IMG/VR virus record: IMGVR_UViG_3300020414_002994
Coordinates: 1 to 49,252 of that record
Source: a virus
Taxonomy: Duplodnaviria > Caudoviricetes
DNA length: 49,252 nt
Direction: 5' to 3' (one strand)
Made by a program: the position numbers and the translations under genes. Of this stretch, positions 1 through 10,734 are shown piece after piece; position 1 is the stretch's first letter, and every line of letters starts with the position of its first letter. Below the pieces are notes generated by a model that saw only the letters and a list, made by a program, of their open reading frames with translations, was not told the DNA's origin and ran no database searches.

Positions 1-1134
1 TCTCAAGATACGGTTTTTAGAGCAATTGAAAACTCTAGAGTGGATAAGACAGAAACACCTTTTAGAATGGAACTTATGCACGCACCTAAAAGATTTGTGA
101 CAATCCGAAGTATTAATACAGGAAAAACAACTTTAAGGTTTGGGTCAGGCAACGAAGACAGTTTTGATGAAGACGTAATTCCTGATCCTAGTGAGCATGC
201 AATTAGACTTTTCGGTGACAGAAAAACATTTTCAAATGTCACTATTGATCCGAACAGTTTCTTAACGACACAAACCCTAGGTATATCTCCTAAAAATACA
301 ACTTTGACAATTACATATCGTTGTGGTGGAGGTGTTAATCATAATGTATCAGCAGGAGCAATCAATTCTATCAACACGTTGATAACTAATTTTCAGACAA
401 GTACACCTCCATCAACAGAATCTTCAGTTAGGGCGTCTCTTCAGGTAATAAATTTAAAAAATGCAACCGGCGGAGAAGACGAACCGTCCCTAGAGGAAAT
501 GAGGCAAATTGCGATCTTTAATAGAAGTTCACAAAATAGAATCGTGACACGTGAAGACTTGATTGCCAGAATCTACTCCATGCCGGCAAAATTTGGGCGT
601 GTTTTTAGAGCATCTGTTTCAGATAATCCTAGAAATCCGCAAGCAGCACAACTTCATATCATATCAAGAAGCAGTAAAAACAAGCTTACAATATCTTCAG
701 ACACGCTTAAACAAAATTTAGCAAAGTACCTTAACGATTTTAGAATAGTATCTGACTCGATTGATATCATGGATTCAATCATTGTAAATATCGGTATCGA
801 TTTTAGCGTAACAGTTGAAAAAGGTTATCGACAAGACATAGTTCTATCTTCACTCAATGAGAAAATAAAAGAATTGACAAAAATACAGAATCAACAGATT
901 AATAAACCTATAATCATCAGCGAAATTGAAAATATCATTTTAAACACACCGGGTGTTGTAAGTTTGTTAAGTTTAAATATTTTAGGAAGATCAGGAATAG
1001 AAAACGGTAATGCATACAATAATTATAAATTTAACGTTTTACAGCACCTTGACAGAGGCATGCTGTTTCCCCCTATAGGTGGAATATTTGAGATAAAATA
1101 TCCAAACGATGATATTATGGGAAGGGCAGTTTAA
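1..1134 (+). CDS. Baseplate wedge subunit, T4 gp6 / baseplate-J-like (5'-partial)
   Basis: Frame is open from base 1 (SQDTVFRAIENSRV...), so the gene starts upstream of the window. Motifs 'LTITYRCGGG', 'ATGGEDEPSLEEMR', 'QNRIVTREDL' and 'IENIILNTPGV' are typical of gp6/baseplate-J proteins. Confidence 0.8.
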   Translation, partial: SQDTVFRAIENSRVDKTETPFRMELMHAPKRFVTIRSINTGKTTLRFGSGNEDSFDEDVIPDPSEHAIRLFGDRKTFSNVTIDPNSFLTTQTLGISPKNTTLTITYRCGGGVNHNVSAGAINSINTLITNFQTSTPPSTESSVRASLQVINLKNATGGEDEPSLEEMRQIAIFNRSSQNRIVTREDLIARIYSMPAKFGRVFRASVSDNPRNPQAAQLHIISRSSKNKLTISSDTLKQNLAKYLNDFRIVSDSIDIMDSIIVNIGIDFSVTVEKGYRQDIVLSSLNEKIKELTKIQNQQINKPIIISEIENIILNTPGVVSLLSLNILGRSGIENGNAYNNYKFNVLQHLDRGMLFPPIGGIFEIKYPNDDIMGRAV

Positions 1135-2660
1135 TGCAAAGAATCTTATCAGCCTCTAAAGACACATATATAACTAATAAAATTATAAACAATAAATTCA
1201 GAGCAACTGACGCTAATGTTGGTAATGCGGGTACTCTTGATCTATTTAAGCTCTATAAAGAGAATACAATTTCAGGTGAAGAAAACCCTATTGAAAATTC
1301 CCGATTGCTAATAAAATTCCCAATCATGGAAATAAAATCCATGGATGAAGATGGATTAATAGACGTTAATGATCCAAGCTTTAAATGTACATTAAACTTA
1401 CACGATGTGTACGGAGGCCAAACAACCCCAAGAAATTTCAAGGCAATTCTTTTTCCTTTAGCACAAAGTTTCACAGAGGGAATAGGACTCAATGTTGTTT
1501 CTTTTTCTGATTTAGATGCAACAAACTACATAACAGCATCAATTGTTAACGGTCAGCCAGTTACATGGAATGAACCAGGAGCCATGGCATCAGGAAGCTT
1601 AGGTGATTCTAATATTGATGTAATTGTAAGCGGTTCATTAGCAGGTCCGAGTGGAACGTCAACTGTCTCGCTATCGCCATACCAAGAATTCATAACAGGT
1701 GAAGAAGATTTAAAATTAGACATAACGACTATAGTCTCTGGGACAGTTAGCGGACAGATTCCCAATCATGGATTTTTGATCGGTCTGTCGGGAAGTTACG
1801 AAAAAAATGATAAAACTTATTTTGTAAAAAGATTCGCATCAAGAAATGTCCAAGTTGCATCGTTAAGACCTAAATTAAAAATGCAATTTGACGACACTAT
1901 ACAAGATAGTCATAGTGACATGATATTTAATGTTTCATCATCATTGTACTTGAGAAATTATCATCAGGGTAATTTGGAAAATATCTTATCAGGAAGTTCT
2001 GCGACACAATTAACCGGTGCGAATTGCATGATATTGAAATTGGAAAGTGGAAGCTTTAAAAGGACTTATGACGTATCACAAGCTTTGCGAGGTCGACACA
2101 GAATACGAGGGGTTTATTCTTCTTCATTAGCAGTTTCTAGCTTTGAAAACGAATTATATAAGCAAGCTAATTTGACAGGATCAATCAAATTTAATGAAAT
2201 ATGGACCAATGCTGCAGAAACAGTAACATATTTATCTTCATCAATAACATTTAAAAAAGAAGGAAGAAGTAAGTCTAATTTACAAAATCAAAATAATCTA
2301 CTTGTAACCGTACTAAATGCCAATGAAGAATATCGACAAGGAGAAATTGTAAATATTCGTGTATTTGCTGAGAATAGAGACAGAGACATTGTTTTTGTTA
2401 GATCACCATATGAAAAGAAAAGTCAAATATTCAAAGAAATGTTTTATAGAATCCGCGATGTTAACGATGGAAAAATTATAATTGACTTTGATAAGACAAA
2501 TAACTCTACAAAATTATCAACAGACGAAGATGGCATGTTTTTTCAATTTTACACTGATTCTTTAGTTAGAGGCCGTGTGTATTCTTTTGACTTTTTAATT
2601 AGGCGAAACGGAGCAGACACAGTTATTAAAGATGCAGCATCGAAGTTTAGGATAGTATAG
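1134..2660 (+). CDS. Putative virion structural (baseplate-associated) protein, 508 aa
   Basis: Long ORF coupled to the wedge gene by a TAATG overlap. Beta-rich, S/T/G-rich. N-terminus 'ASKDTYI...SRLLIKF' resembles DNRLRE-like beta-sandwich domains (tentative). Confidence 0.65.
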   Translation: MQRILSASKDTYITNKIINNKFRATDANVGNAGTLDLFKLYKENTISGEENPIENSRLLIKFPIMEIKSMDEDGLIDVNDPSFKCTLNLHDVYGGQTTPRNFKAILFPLAQSFTEGIGLNVVSFSDLDATNYITASIVNGQPVTWNEPGAMASGSLGDSNIDVIVSGSLAGPSGTSTVSLSPYQEFITGEEDLKLDITTIVSGTVSGQIPNHGFLIGLSGSYEKNDKTYFVKRFASRNVQVASLRPKLKMQFDDTIQDSHSDMIFNVSSSLYLRNYHQGNLENILSGSSATQLTGANCMILKLESGSFKRTYDVSQALRGRHRIRGVYSSSLAVSSFENELYKQANLTGSIKFNEIWTNAAETVTYLSSSITFKKEGRSKSNLQNQNNLLVTVLNANEEYRQGEIVNIRVFAENRDRDIVFVRSPYEKKSQIFKEMFYRIRDVNDGKIIIDFDKTNNSTKLSTDEDGMFFQFYTDSLVRGRVYSFDFLIRRNGADTVIKDAASKFRIV

Positions 2661-2661
2661 T

Positions 2662-5600
2662 ATGTCAAAAAGTTTATTGCAGAGACAGCAAGGAAGGTTA
2701 TTTGAACCTAAGTTTACAAGGCAGAATAAACAGTCTTCTAATTACCTTAATAGTCAATTCGAATTTAAAGATAATGAATACTTTAATAATACAAACATTG
2801 AAAGTAGTTCTTCTTTTAGATACGGCAACACAGAAGGATTAGTTTCAACACAACAGTTAAGAGTAGATTACTCTAAATATGAAAATCATACTTTTTTTCA
2901 CTCTGCTGTTGCAAATGTAAACGAAGCTTTTGATAAGATCGTTAACTTTTATCCATTTGAAAAAAGTAGAAAATTAATTGAGAAATACGAAGATGACCTC
3001 ACAGGTTTTGAAAAGTATGTCCTAGATAAATTCCCAAAGAATGTTGGATATCTTAACTTTTCCGGAACAGTTGTGGGTGAATCTTTAAATAACGGAACTC
3101 AAATAAATGTTAAAGACCGGTCTGGCGCTTCAATTAAATCAATATCTGATACACCAACAGGTTCACCTGTATTAGATCCTAATAATTCTCCATTTTGTCT
3201 GGAGATGTTTTTAAAAGTGCCGACACAGTCTAATGACAATCAAATAGTTGTACAAAAGTTTGGAAGTTTGGCAAATAATTTTACAATTGCTCTTTCTGAA
3301 TCAAATTCATCGACAAGTTGTGAATTACACTTTTTTATAACATCCGGGTCTAGTCATAACATAGTATCCGGTTCTCTAAAAAAAGGGTCATTTAGTCACG
3401 TGCATGCAATGTTTGATCCCTTCAACGACAGGCGAGTTAAGCTGATAATTGATGACAATATCTACTCTTCGAGTTTGCAAACTTCTTTTGGCAAGCTTAA
3501 TTATAACGCTGCTGATATGACGATAGGTGTGGGCCAGACTGCTCGTGTAGGTGCTAGTCTGTTTACAAATAAGCAAACATTTTCCGGTTCGATAGATGAC
3601 TTGAGGTATTTTCACAATATCTTTCCAGTGAAAGACATAAAACAGAGAAAAATTAAAAGCTATTATTCAGGAGAGAATGATCATCTCAAACTTTATTACC
3701 GCTTCAATGAACCACATGGTGCGCACAGCGGCAATAACATCCTTTTTGATGCATCCGGAAACTCTTTACATTCAAAAATAGATAATTTTTCATCTGATTT
3801 AAGATTAACTGGATCTGATAATCCTGTTTTGTCAGAAAATATTAATCGCAACCCAATTTTATTTCCGACATTTAGTGACGTAATAAGTCTAAACACAAGA
3901 CTTTTGACAACGGCCTCCTTATATGACGAATATAACCCAAACTTAATAACAAAGCTAATACCACAGCATTACTTTCAAGAAGGTACAAATTTTAGAGATT
4001 ATAGTCAGGAATTAGAAAGAATGGAAAATAACTTTTCCACGTTTTCATCAAATAATCCCGGACAAAGTAAATCAGAAATACCTGGAGTTCAACTTCTAAT
4101 AAAACTTTTGCTTAGTTATGCTAAGTTTTTTGATGAATTGAAACTTTATATAGACGCTGTATCAAGTTATCGTTACACGATGTATGAAGATTATGACACA
4201 ACACCTGATCCATTTTTGGTCAGAAAAGCAAAACTACATAATATAAAATTACCTGCGATGTTTTCATATAGTGACATTGATCAGGTGTTAGAAGGGGTAA
4301 ATTTAAACAAGCTAGGGGGTTTGTCAGCGCTTAACTTGAATCAAATACAGAATTTAATTTGGCGAAGAATAATTACAGATGCGCCTAGGATGAATCAATC
4401 AAGAGGAACTGCTAGGTCAATTAAGAGCATATTTAGAAATGCAGGAATAGAACCTGATAATATCTTAACCTTTAGAGAGTATGGCGGCTCAAAAGAAAAG
4501 TCTTTAGACGCGTCAAGAGAAATGACCAGAGATGTTTACAGATTTTTAAGCTTCACTGGATCTATTAATAATTCGACAACTAATTTGACATATCAGGGTC
4601 ACCCAAAAGATTCAGAAATACCTTATCTTAAAAGCAAGTTTCTTTCAGGCTCGCGGGTCCAGATTGGAGCTCCTGAAGCGAGCGGTCAGTTTGTTAACAA
4701 GACCAGAAGCAACCCACATGGAATTAGCAATAACAAGAATGACGGACTTTACACGTCAGGAAGTTTTACTTACGAAGGTTTATATTCATGGCCAAACGGT
4801 TATAGGACTGCAGAAAGTTTAGCAAGAATGCATGTAACAGGAACTTCAGCCCCGTCTAGTGCAGAGGCTTGCGTTGTTAATTTGGTTGGTACTGACTCAT
4901 CTTTAAATTTGTACTTAAGAGACAATCCCGGAACTAGTTCGACTGTTAAGCGTCTTTTTCTGACAGGTGTAAACGTTTTTGATAAAGATATATGGTACAT
5001 TTCTTTTGGAAAAGAAAATCAACACGATTTAGAAACCACAGGAACTAGTTCTTATTTTTTAAGAGCATCTAAGCAGCTAAATGGTGAATTAATAACGCAA
5101 CACTACACAGCTTCAATATTTGAAGATGCGCCAGATACAGTATTTAAAAATATAAGTCAATATAACACATCTGGAAGTTTTCTTGTGATAGGGAGTCAGT
5201 CTCTTCAGTCACCAGGATCATCTAGGTTTTTAAACGACAGTACTTTAACTGAAGAGAATGTGCACGCAACTAGCTTTCATGGTATTCTTACAAACCTCAA
5301 GTATTATTCAAAAAATACAACCAGAGAAGAATATATCAACAGATCAAAAAATTATGATAGTTTTGGCGTGAAAGATCCGAGAAAAAATTATAATTTCACT
5401 AATCTTACAACCGGTTCGTATGAAAGAATTATTTTCCACACAGACGGTAAGCAGAAAACCACTGGATCGGATGGTACCGGTAATTATCGGCTTTTTGACT
5501 TAAGTCAAAATAATATCCACATCGACGGTAAAAATTTTAAATCAAATTTTGATGTCATTAAAAATAAACGAGTAAATTTCGAAATACTTTCAGATAAATT

Positions 5601-6153
5601 TGACTTAAATTATACAAGAGACAAAGTTAGAATCCGGTCTTTCCAAGAAGCTGAAAATATAGAACAGTCTTATTTTTCAACAATTGCACCTGTCTCAGAA
5701 GTATTACCTAGTGAAGAGAGTATGGACGATAACAGGTTATCATTGGACATGTCTGTCATGCAAGGATTGAATAAAAATATCCTAAGAATGTTTAATGATT
5801 TTACCGCCCTAGAAGATTCTATAGGAAAACCTAACTTCATTTTTGATGAGACTTATCAAGACCTTCGTTACTTGAGAGAAATATATTTTAATAACGTTCT
5901 GGAGGAGTTAAATCTTCTTAAATATAGATCACTTTTTAAATGGATAGATAACTCATTTACAGACGTAATATACTCTCTTATTCCTAAGACAACAAATTTT
6001 CTAGGAATTAATTTCATATACGAGTCTAATGTTTTAGAGAGAAATAGATTTAGATATCTCTATGATGATATATACATGTTTGCAAACCAGAGAGATCATC
6101 ACAGGGCTGAGCTACTCTTATCTTTATTTGAAGGGCGTATAAAGAGGCACTAA
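2662..6153 (+). CDS. LamG/concanavalin-A-like domain baseplate protein (possible gp7 / P2 gpI-like wedge), 1163 aa
   Basis: LamG signatures 'FCLEMFLK...FSHVHAMFD...TFSGSIDDLRYF' plus a second degenerate copy ('FTYEGLYSW...WYISFG...FHGILTNLKYY'). 'SRGTARSIKSIFRNAGI' resembles the KGT..(S/G)I motif of gpI/gp7-like wedge proteins. Confidence 0.65.
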   Translation: MSKSLLQRQQGRLFEPKFTRQNKQSSNYLNSQFEFKDNEYFNNTNIESSSSFRYGNTEGLVSTQQLRVDYSKYENHTFFHSAVANVNEAFDKIVNFYPFEKSRKLIEKYEDDLTGFEKYVLDKFPKNVGYLNFSGTVVGESLNNGTQINVKDRSGASIKSISDTPTGSPVLDPNNSPFCLEMFLKVPTQSNDNQIVVQKFGSLANNFTIALSESNSSTSCELHFFITSGSSHNIVSGSLKKGSFSHVHAMFDPFNDRRVKLIIDDNIYSSSLQTSFGKLNYNAADMTIGVGQTARVGASLFTNKQTFSGSIDDLRYFHNIFPVKDIKQRKIKSYYSGENDHLKLYYRFNEPHGAHSGNNILFDASGNSLHSKIDNFSSDLRLTGSDNPVLSENINRNPILFPTFSDVISLNTRLLTTASLYDEYNPNLITKLIPQHYFQEGTNFRDYSQELERMENNFSTFSSNNPGQSKSEIPGVQLLIKLLLSYAKFFDELKLYIDAVSSYRYTMYEDYDTTPDPFLVRKAKLHNIKLPAMFSYSDIDQVLEGVNLNKLGGLSALNLNQIQNLIWRRIITDAPRMNQSRGTARSIKSIFRNAGIEPDNILTFREYGGSKEKSLDASREMTRDVYRFLSFTGSINNSTTNLTYQGHPKDSEIPYLKSKFLSGSRVQIGAPEASGQFVNKTRSNPHGISNNKNDGLYTSGSFTYEGLYSWPNGYRTAESLARMHVTGTSAPSSAEACVVNLVGTDSSLNLYLRDNPGTSSTVKRLFLTGVNVFDKDIWYISFGKENQHDLETTGTSSYFLRASKQLNGELITQHYTASIFEDAPDTVFKNISQYNTSGSFLVIGSQSLQSPGSSRFLNDSTLTEENVHATSFHGILTNLKYYSKNTTREEYINRSKNYDSFGVKDPRKNYNFTNLTTGSYERIIFHTDGKQKTTGSDGTGNYRLFDLSQNNIHIDGKNFKSNFDVIKNKRVNFEILSDKFDLNYTRDKVRIRSFQEAENIEQSYFSTIAPVSEVLPSEESMDDNRLSLDMSVMQGLNKNILRMFNDFTALEDSIGKPNFIFDETYQDLRYLREIYFNNVLEELNLLKYRSLFKWIDNSFTDVIYSLIPKTTNFLGINFIYESNVLERNRFRYLYDDIYMFANQRDHHRAELLLSLFEGRIKRH

Positions 6154-7280
6154 TGAATTTTAATGATTATTATTACAGGCAACACTTTGAAGATCGGGCT
6201 GGTACACATTTCCCAGATTATCTTGTATACACTGGAAGCATTTACTCAGACGGGCACTATGTTACTGCTTCTCTACCTATCAGTGCTTCAACACCTGCAA
6301 CGCAAAGATTAGGTAACGCTGTAATACAAGGTGTCCAGCCGATTAATAAAGTCTATGAAAATACTGGAGTGGGTGGAACAAGGGTAGGACCGGTCACCAT
6401 GTTTGACAGTCTAGAGACAACCAACGATATTAGCATAAGAACGCTGGATGCACATCGAGTCGGTAGAAATATAAAGATATACGACCATTGGGCATCACCA
6501 ATTTTTAGACCTATACTTAGAATCTCGCCGGAAGGATTTTTGGAAGAAGAGGGCAGCGCTATTATAAATCACTATGCTTCTCTAAATATGTACGGTTTCG
6601 GCCTCAATTACAAAACTAAAGACGAAAATTATAAGTTCATACCTTTCACAGATTTTAGTCAGATCGAACCTAAAAGACTAGTTGAGATCGGTGGTGTTTT
6701 GAACCTTGCTTACCCGTTTGTCTACGAAAATGACAAGAACTTAGAGCATTATGTTGACCCATCTCACCCAGGTAATGATGGTTCTGTAGATGTATTTGAG
6801 ACGCGATTGTATGCAACTACACTTTCACCAGCTGATATCAGAATATTTGGTTTTAAGAGTAACTTGCAAGGTGGTGGAATTGAATCGATACGAAAAGGTA
6901 CTAGTCAGATAGTAAGTCGATATTCGACAAGAAAAAATAATAATGAATTATTTTTAGATTCACAAGAGACAGAGTTTAATAGTTTCACTTTTCCATCCAT
7001 AGGGTCAGCAGGAAGTAGTGGATATGCATTCCCCTTGCCGGGATTTGTTGATGCTGAGAAAGCATCCCTTTCTCCATTTGATGAAAGCTATGATCCGATT
7101 GGTCAGAGCTACACCTTTGTGAGCAATAACGTGGCAAGTACAAAAAGTTTTTTGACATCTTCTAGAAATAGAATAAGTGAGCTAGGAACTAGGTTTAAGT
7201 CAGCAACAAACGGATTAATATTTGGAGAAAGCAACGTGCTAGGTACAGACTCTATTGCGTTTGGAGGTTTAAAAAAGTAA
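6153..7280 (+). CDS. Hypothetical protein in structural block, 375 aa
   Basis: Long ORF with TAATG overlaps at both ends. No motif recognised. Confidence 0.7.
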   Translation: MNFNDYYYRQHFEDRAGTHFPDYLVYTGSIYSDGHYVTASLPISASTPATQRLGNAVIQGVQPINKVYENTGVGGTRVGPVTMFDSLETTNDISIRTLDAHRVGRNIKIYDHWASPIFRPILRISPEGFLEEEGSAIINHYASLNMYGFGLNYKTKDENYKFIPFTDFSQIEPKRLVEIGGVLNLAYPFVYENDKNLEHYVDPSHPGNDGSVDVFETRLYATTLSPADIRIFGFKSNLQGGGIESIRKGTSQIVSRYSTRKNNNELFLDSQETEFNSFTFPSIGSAGSSGYAFPLPGFVDAEKASLSPFDESYDPIGQSYTFVSNNVASTKSFLTSSRNRISELGTRFKSATNGLIFGESNVLGTDSIAFGGLKK

Positions 7281-10200
7281 TGCCAAAAATATTTTTAACA
7301 GGAAGTCAAAGCTACAAGACAGGATCAGGCTATCTCAATAACCCAGCTAGAGTTTTAATTAGAACATCTGATAATAACACTGCAGAGTATCCCACAATAC
7401 ACAGGATGAACAGGAAAACAACTTCCGGTATATTACCTAATATAACATTTGATGATACCAGGACAGTTAAATTTGGGAACAGAATAAAGGACGAATTCGA
7501 AATAAAAGAAATAGATGTTTTTAATAAACATGTTGACCTTAATAAATGGGTAAGGACTATAGGGGTAAATGTAGTAAGGGAAAACGATCCTCAAGATGAT
7601 TTTTCTGAGACAAAAGGTGCTGTTGTTTTCGGTGGAAAAGGTGATTCAGAAGGTAGATGGCTCAAGACAAAAAAGTCTGTAACAAACCCAACATTGATTT
7701 TTAAATTATTAAGAGGGCCTTACAATGACGATGCATCATCTAGAACCCTAGGTTTAAGTCAGGGTGCTTTTAACGATGTTCTTAAAATTCAGATCAGCAC
7801 CACCGGTACATCTAACTGGGTCACATTACCGATAAAGACGTTTTATATAGGGCACGGGGCAAGTGAAGATTTTATAAGGGATCAGGGGTTTAGTCCGGGC
7901 ACATTTTTATTCAATGCTGGGGTGGACTTAGAAGGGCAGCAGACAATCACACAAGAAAATCGTCCGGCGATAAATGTAAAAATAGGTCCGGCAGCTTTTT
8001 CCTCATTAGGATTCACCGGTGCTTTCTATATAAGGTTTATACAAGCCAAAGCCAATATCAGCAATAACGATAGAAAGGTGTGGGCTTTAGATGAAGTAGA
8101 CATTATTTCTAGAGAAGAGACTGTAACTTACCCTAAGCTAAATAAAAATGCAACAGCTGACATATTTCATGCCAGTCAATCATTTGCATCTCCAAACCAC
8201 CTCGGAGGTCTGACGACTACAGCTGCATCAATCTCCGGGATAACTGATAGTGAATATCAAATCATAGCCAACAACAAAGTACAGAGACACACGCCATTCA
8301 ACGAAGATTCTATTGTCAACTATACCAATAATAGATTTTACAATGAAGGTACGAGCCCAAATATAACACCAGGATTTAACAGTGGTTTGTTGAACAAGAC
8401 AAAGTTCAAGATAACACTGTCATCCAGTCAAGATACTCAAATAGGATTGGTTCATCCCCCACCTCAAAATACAACTACGTCGTATCAAAACATGATGTGT
8501 TATTTTAATTTTATTGAAAAAAAGTGGGATCACGGTGCACTGCAAGGTCCTAGAAGGTATAATCAAAACATAGATGATCTGTTGGTATCTTCTTCTATAG
8601 GTTTTGGAAGTCTAAACCCAGTAGGACAGTCAAGTACTACACAACTTAACTCACCAACCCGATACCCTAACTTTAAATACAACGGTGACTTTTTTGTAGG
8701 ATCTAGTGTAAGACCTACTAATGCTTTTGGTTTTCCTTCTCATGCAAAATTTGCACCACAGACAGGATCTGGCCAGGTAATTAAAGCTTCACAACTAGGA
8801 ATTACAAAGCCATTCTTGCTAGAAAAAGTTAAAGTGACTTTTGATGCATCAATGCAATTCTCAGATATTGAAGACGGTTCACCAACATTTCAGGCCTACC
8901 AATTAGAAGGTTCAAAATGGTCCGGATCAAGTTTTTCTTTCTTTCAGTTGAAAAATTCTGAAATATTCATACCTACTTTCTTTATACTTCGAAATTTTAA
9001 TGACGCGTCAAATTATACTTACGATGTGCAATTTCTTGAAGATAGTGCTAGCGCACCTATAGAAGAGCTATCACTGGGCATTACTATTCCGGAAAGCCGA
9101 CATATCGTTGATCGATCTTCCGGGACGGCCGATACATTTAATGATAATGTTGTGACCGGTCGGGAGTTAATAACATATGGGCAATTTACAGTTTATAGGT
9201 CTGGTAGTGCTACCAATTCAACTTTTATTAATGTACCGAATGACACCACAAACTACACTTTACTTGATGCCCCTTTCAGTGATTCCATATTGGAAAGTTT
9301 AGAGAGAGATGCAAAAATTTTAGAAATAACATCTAGTATTAATAATCTAGATTTGAACAAGTTTAAAATGGAGTTCCCCTGCAGGAACACCATAATCTCG
9401 AAAGAGATATTTTCAATGTTTGAAATGGGTAAGTCTGGAACAGACTATACTATATTTTTAGATTCGGGGGGAGGTAGACAGCCACAAACTTTAAATAGTT
9501 TGTCTAGAAATATTGGTAGTTCATTTCATCCTCGACTTGATACATTTTCATCAACAGAGATTAATGTTGCAACCACCACAGTCGCTAAGAATAAAACTTT
9601 TAAAAACACCACCTTAGATCGTTATGACCGGTCTTCACCGTATCTAATAATGCCTGAAGATGAGCTTATATTCGGATGGCAATACCCGTTACCTAGACAA
9701 GCCCAATGGGGTGTATCTAGTGGTGACGACGAGTTTGATGAAATTAGTATGACGTTGAAGGGGGTGACTGATATAGAATTTTTCGGATCTCAAATAAAAG
9801 ATGGTAGAGAGTTTCACGAAGGTCTTAATCAAAATTTAACGTCGAACGCTGTTTATGAGGTCATTGGCAATGAACCAGTGATTGATCAGTGGCAAGTTGC
9901 AACACGAGGTGAGATGACAGGTAGTTTTATAGATTCTTTTGCATTTGCATATAATCCTGGGTCTCCTTCCTACTTCCTACCTGGCAGGACGTTATTTCCA
10001 AAATTAAACCAGTTAACAAGGGCAGCTTTACCCTTGCAGGGCCTAGGATCTGATTGGCAAAAGCTTGCAACTCAAACTGCGTACGATCCTGAAGCTAGAA
10101 TTAATGCAATTTCTAACTCCGGTTATGACATAGGACATAAAAATAATTTTAGTATTGTGGGTGATACTTCTGGGCTAACCACATTCAACACTTTCAAACC

Positions 10201-10726
10201 CGGGTTATCTAGATTCAATAATATGACTGACATGACTAGATTTTTCAAGGATGCCAACAACAATAATTTCAACAGAGACTTTTACGCTACATTGAGTTAT
10301 GGTTCTACACAGAATTTTCTTGATTTATTTTCTGGTGCCACTCCTGCAGTAATTTGCGGGGGAGGTTTTCCCAAGTACTATTTTGACAAGAATAATTATG
10401 GTCAAATTTCAAACTTTATTAGACAGGGTCACGACGGTCGATTCAATGTTGTCAAGGGCAGTGATTCTACTAGAACAGGTAATAATGTCTTTGATCCTCC
10501 TGTAACAACACAATTTGTAACATCAGAATATGATAATGATAATCTTAACTTTAGAGTTTTCAAGACAATTACACCTGATGATATTAATGGGACACACGTA
10601 CGTAATTTTCAGAGCTCTAATATCAATCTATACAGTACTTCTTCTTTGCCTTTTTTCGATAATGGTACCGCAATAAATAGAACGTACGGAGCTATAGAAG
10701 TAATTGGAATAGTTGGTCTATCATAG
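7280..10726 (+). CDS. Large putative virion protein with an N-proximal jelly-roll (reelin/MAM-like) domain, 1148 aa
   Basis: Long ORF with TAATG-coupled start. Segment 'AVVFGG..GRWLKT...LKIQISTTGTSNW...FYIRFIQ...VWALDEVDI' resembles reelin-repeat/adhesin jelly-rolls. Confidence 0.6.
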   Translation: MPKIFLTGSQSYKTGSGYLNNPARVLIRTSDNNTAEYPTIHRMNRKTTSGILPNITFDDTRTVKFGNRIKDEFEIKEIDVFNKHVDLNKWVRTIGVNVVRENDPQDDFSETKGAVVFGGKGDSEGRWLKTKKSVTNPTLIFKLLRGPYNDDASSRTLGLSQGAFNDVLKIQISTTGTSNWVTLPIKTFYIGHGASEDFIRDQGFSPGTFLFNAGVDLEGQQTITQENRPAINVKIGPAAFSSLGFTGAFYIRFIQAKANISNNDRKVWALDEVDIISREETVTYPKLNKNATADIFHASQSFASPNHLGGLTTTAASISGITDSEYQIIANNKVQRHTPFNEDSIVNYTNNRFYNEGTSPNITPGFNSGLLNKTKFKITLSSSQDTQIGLVHPPPQNTTTSYQNMMCYFNFIEKKWDHGALQGPRRYNQNIDDLLVSSSIGFGSLNPVGQSSTTQLNSPTRYPNFKYNGDFFVGSSVRPTNAFGFPSHAKFAPQTGSGQVIKASQLGITKPFLLEKVKVTFDASMQFSDIEDGSPTFQAYQLEGSKWSGSSFSFFQLKNSEIFIPTFFILRNFNDASNYTYDVQFLEDSASAPIEELSLGITIPESRHIVDRSSGTADTFNDNVVTGRELITYGQFTVYRSGSATNSTFINVPNDTTNYTLLDAPFSDSILESLERDAKILEITSSINNLDLNKFKMEFPCRNTIISKEIFSMFEMGKSGTDYTIFLDSGGGRQPQTLNSLSRNIGSSFHPRLDTFSSTEINVATTTVAKNKTFKNTTLDRYDRSSPYLIMPEDELIFGWQYPLPRQAQWGVSSGDDEFDEISMTLKGVTDIEFFGSQIKDGREFHEGLNQNLTSNAVYEVIGNEPVIDQWQVATRGEMTGSFIDSFAFAYNPGSPSYFLPGRTLFPKLNQLTRAALPLQGLGSDWQKLATQTAYDPEARINAISNSGYDIGHKNNFSIVGDTSGLTTFNTFKPGLSRFNNMTDMTRFFKDANNNNFNRDFYATLSYGSTQNFLDLFSGATPAVICGGGFPKYYFDKNNYGQISNFIRQGHDGRFNVVKGSDSTRTGNNVFDPPVTTQFVTSEYDNDNLNFRVFKTITPDDINGTHVRNFQSSNINLYSTSSLPFFDNGTAINRTYGAIEVIGIVGLS

Positions 10727-10734
10727 GAGTTATT

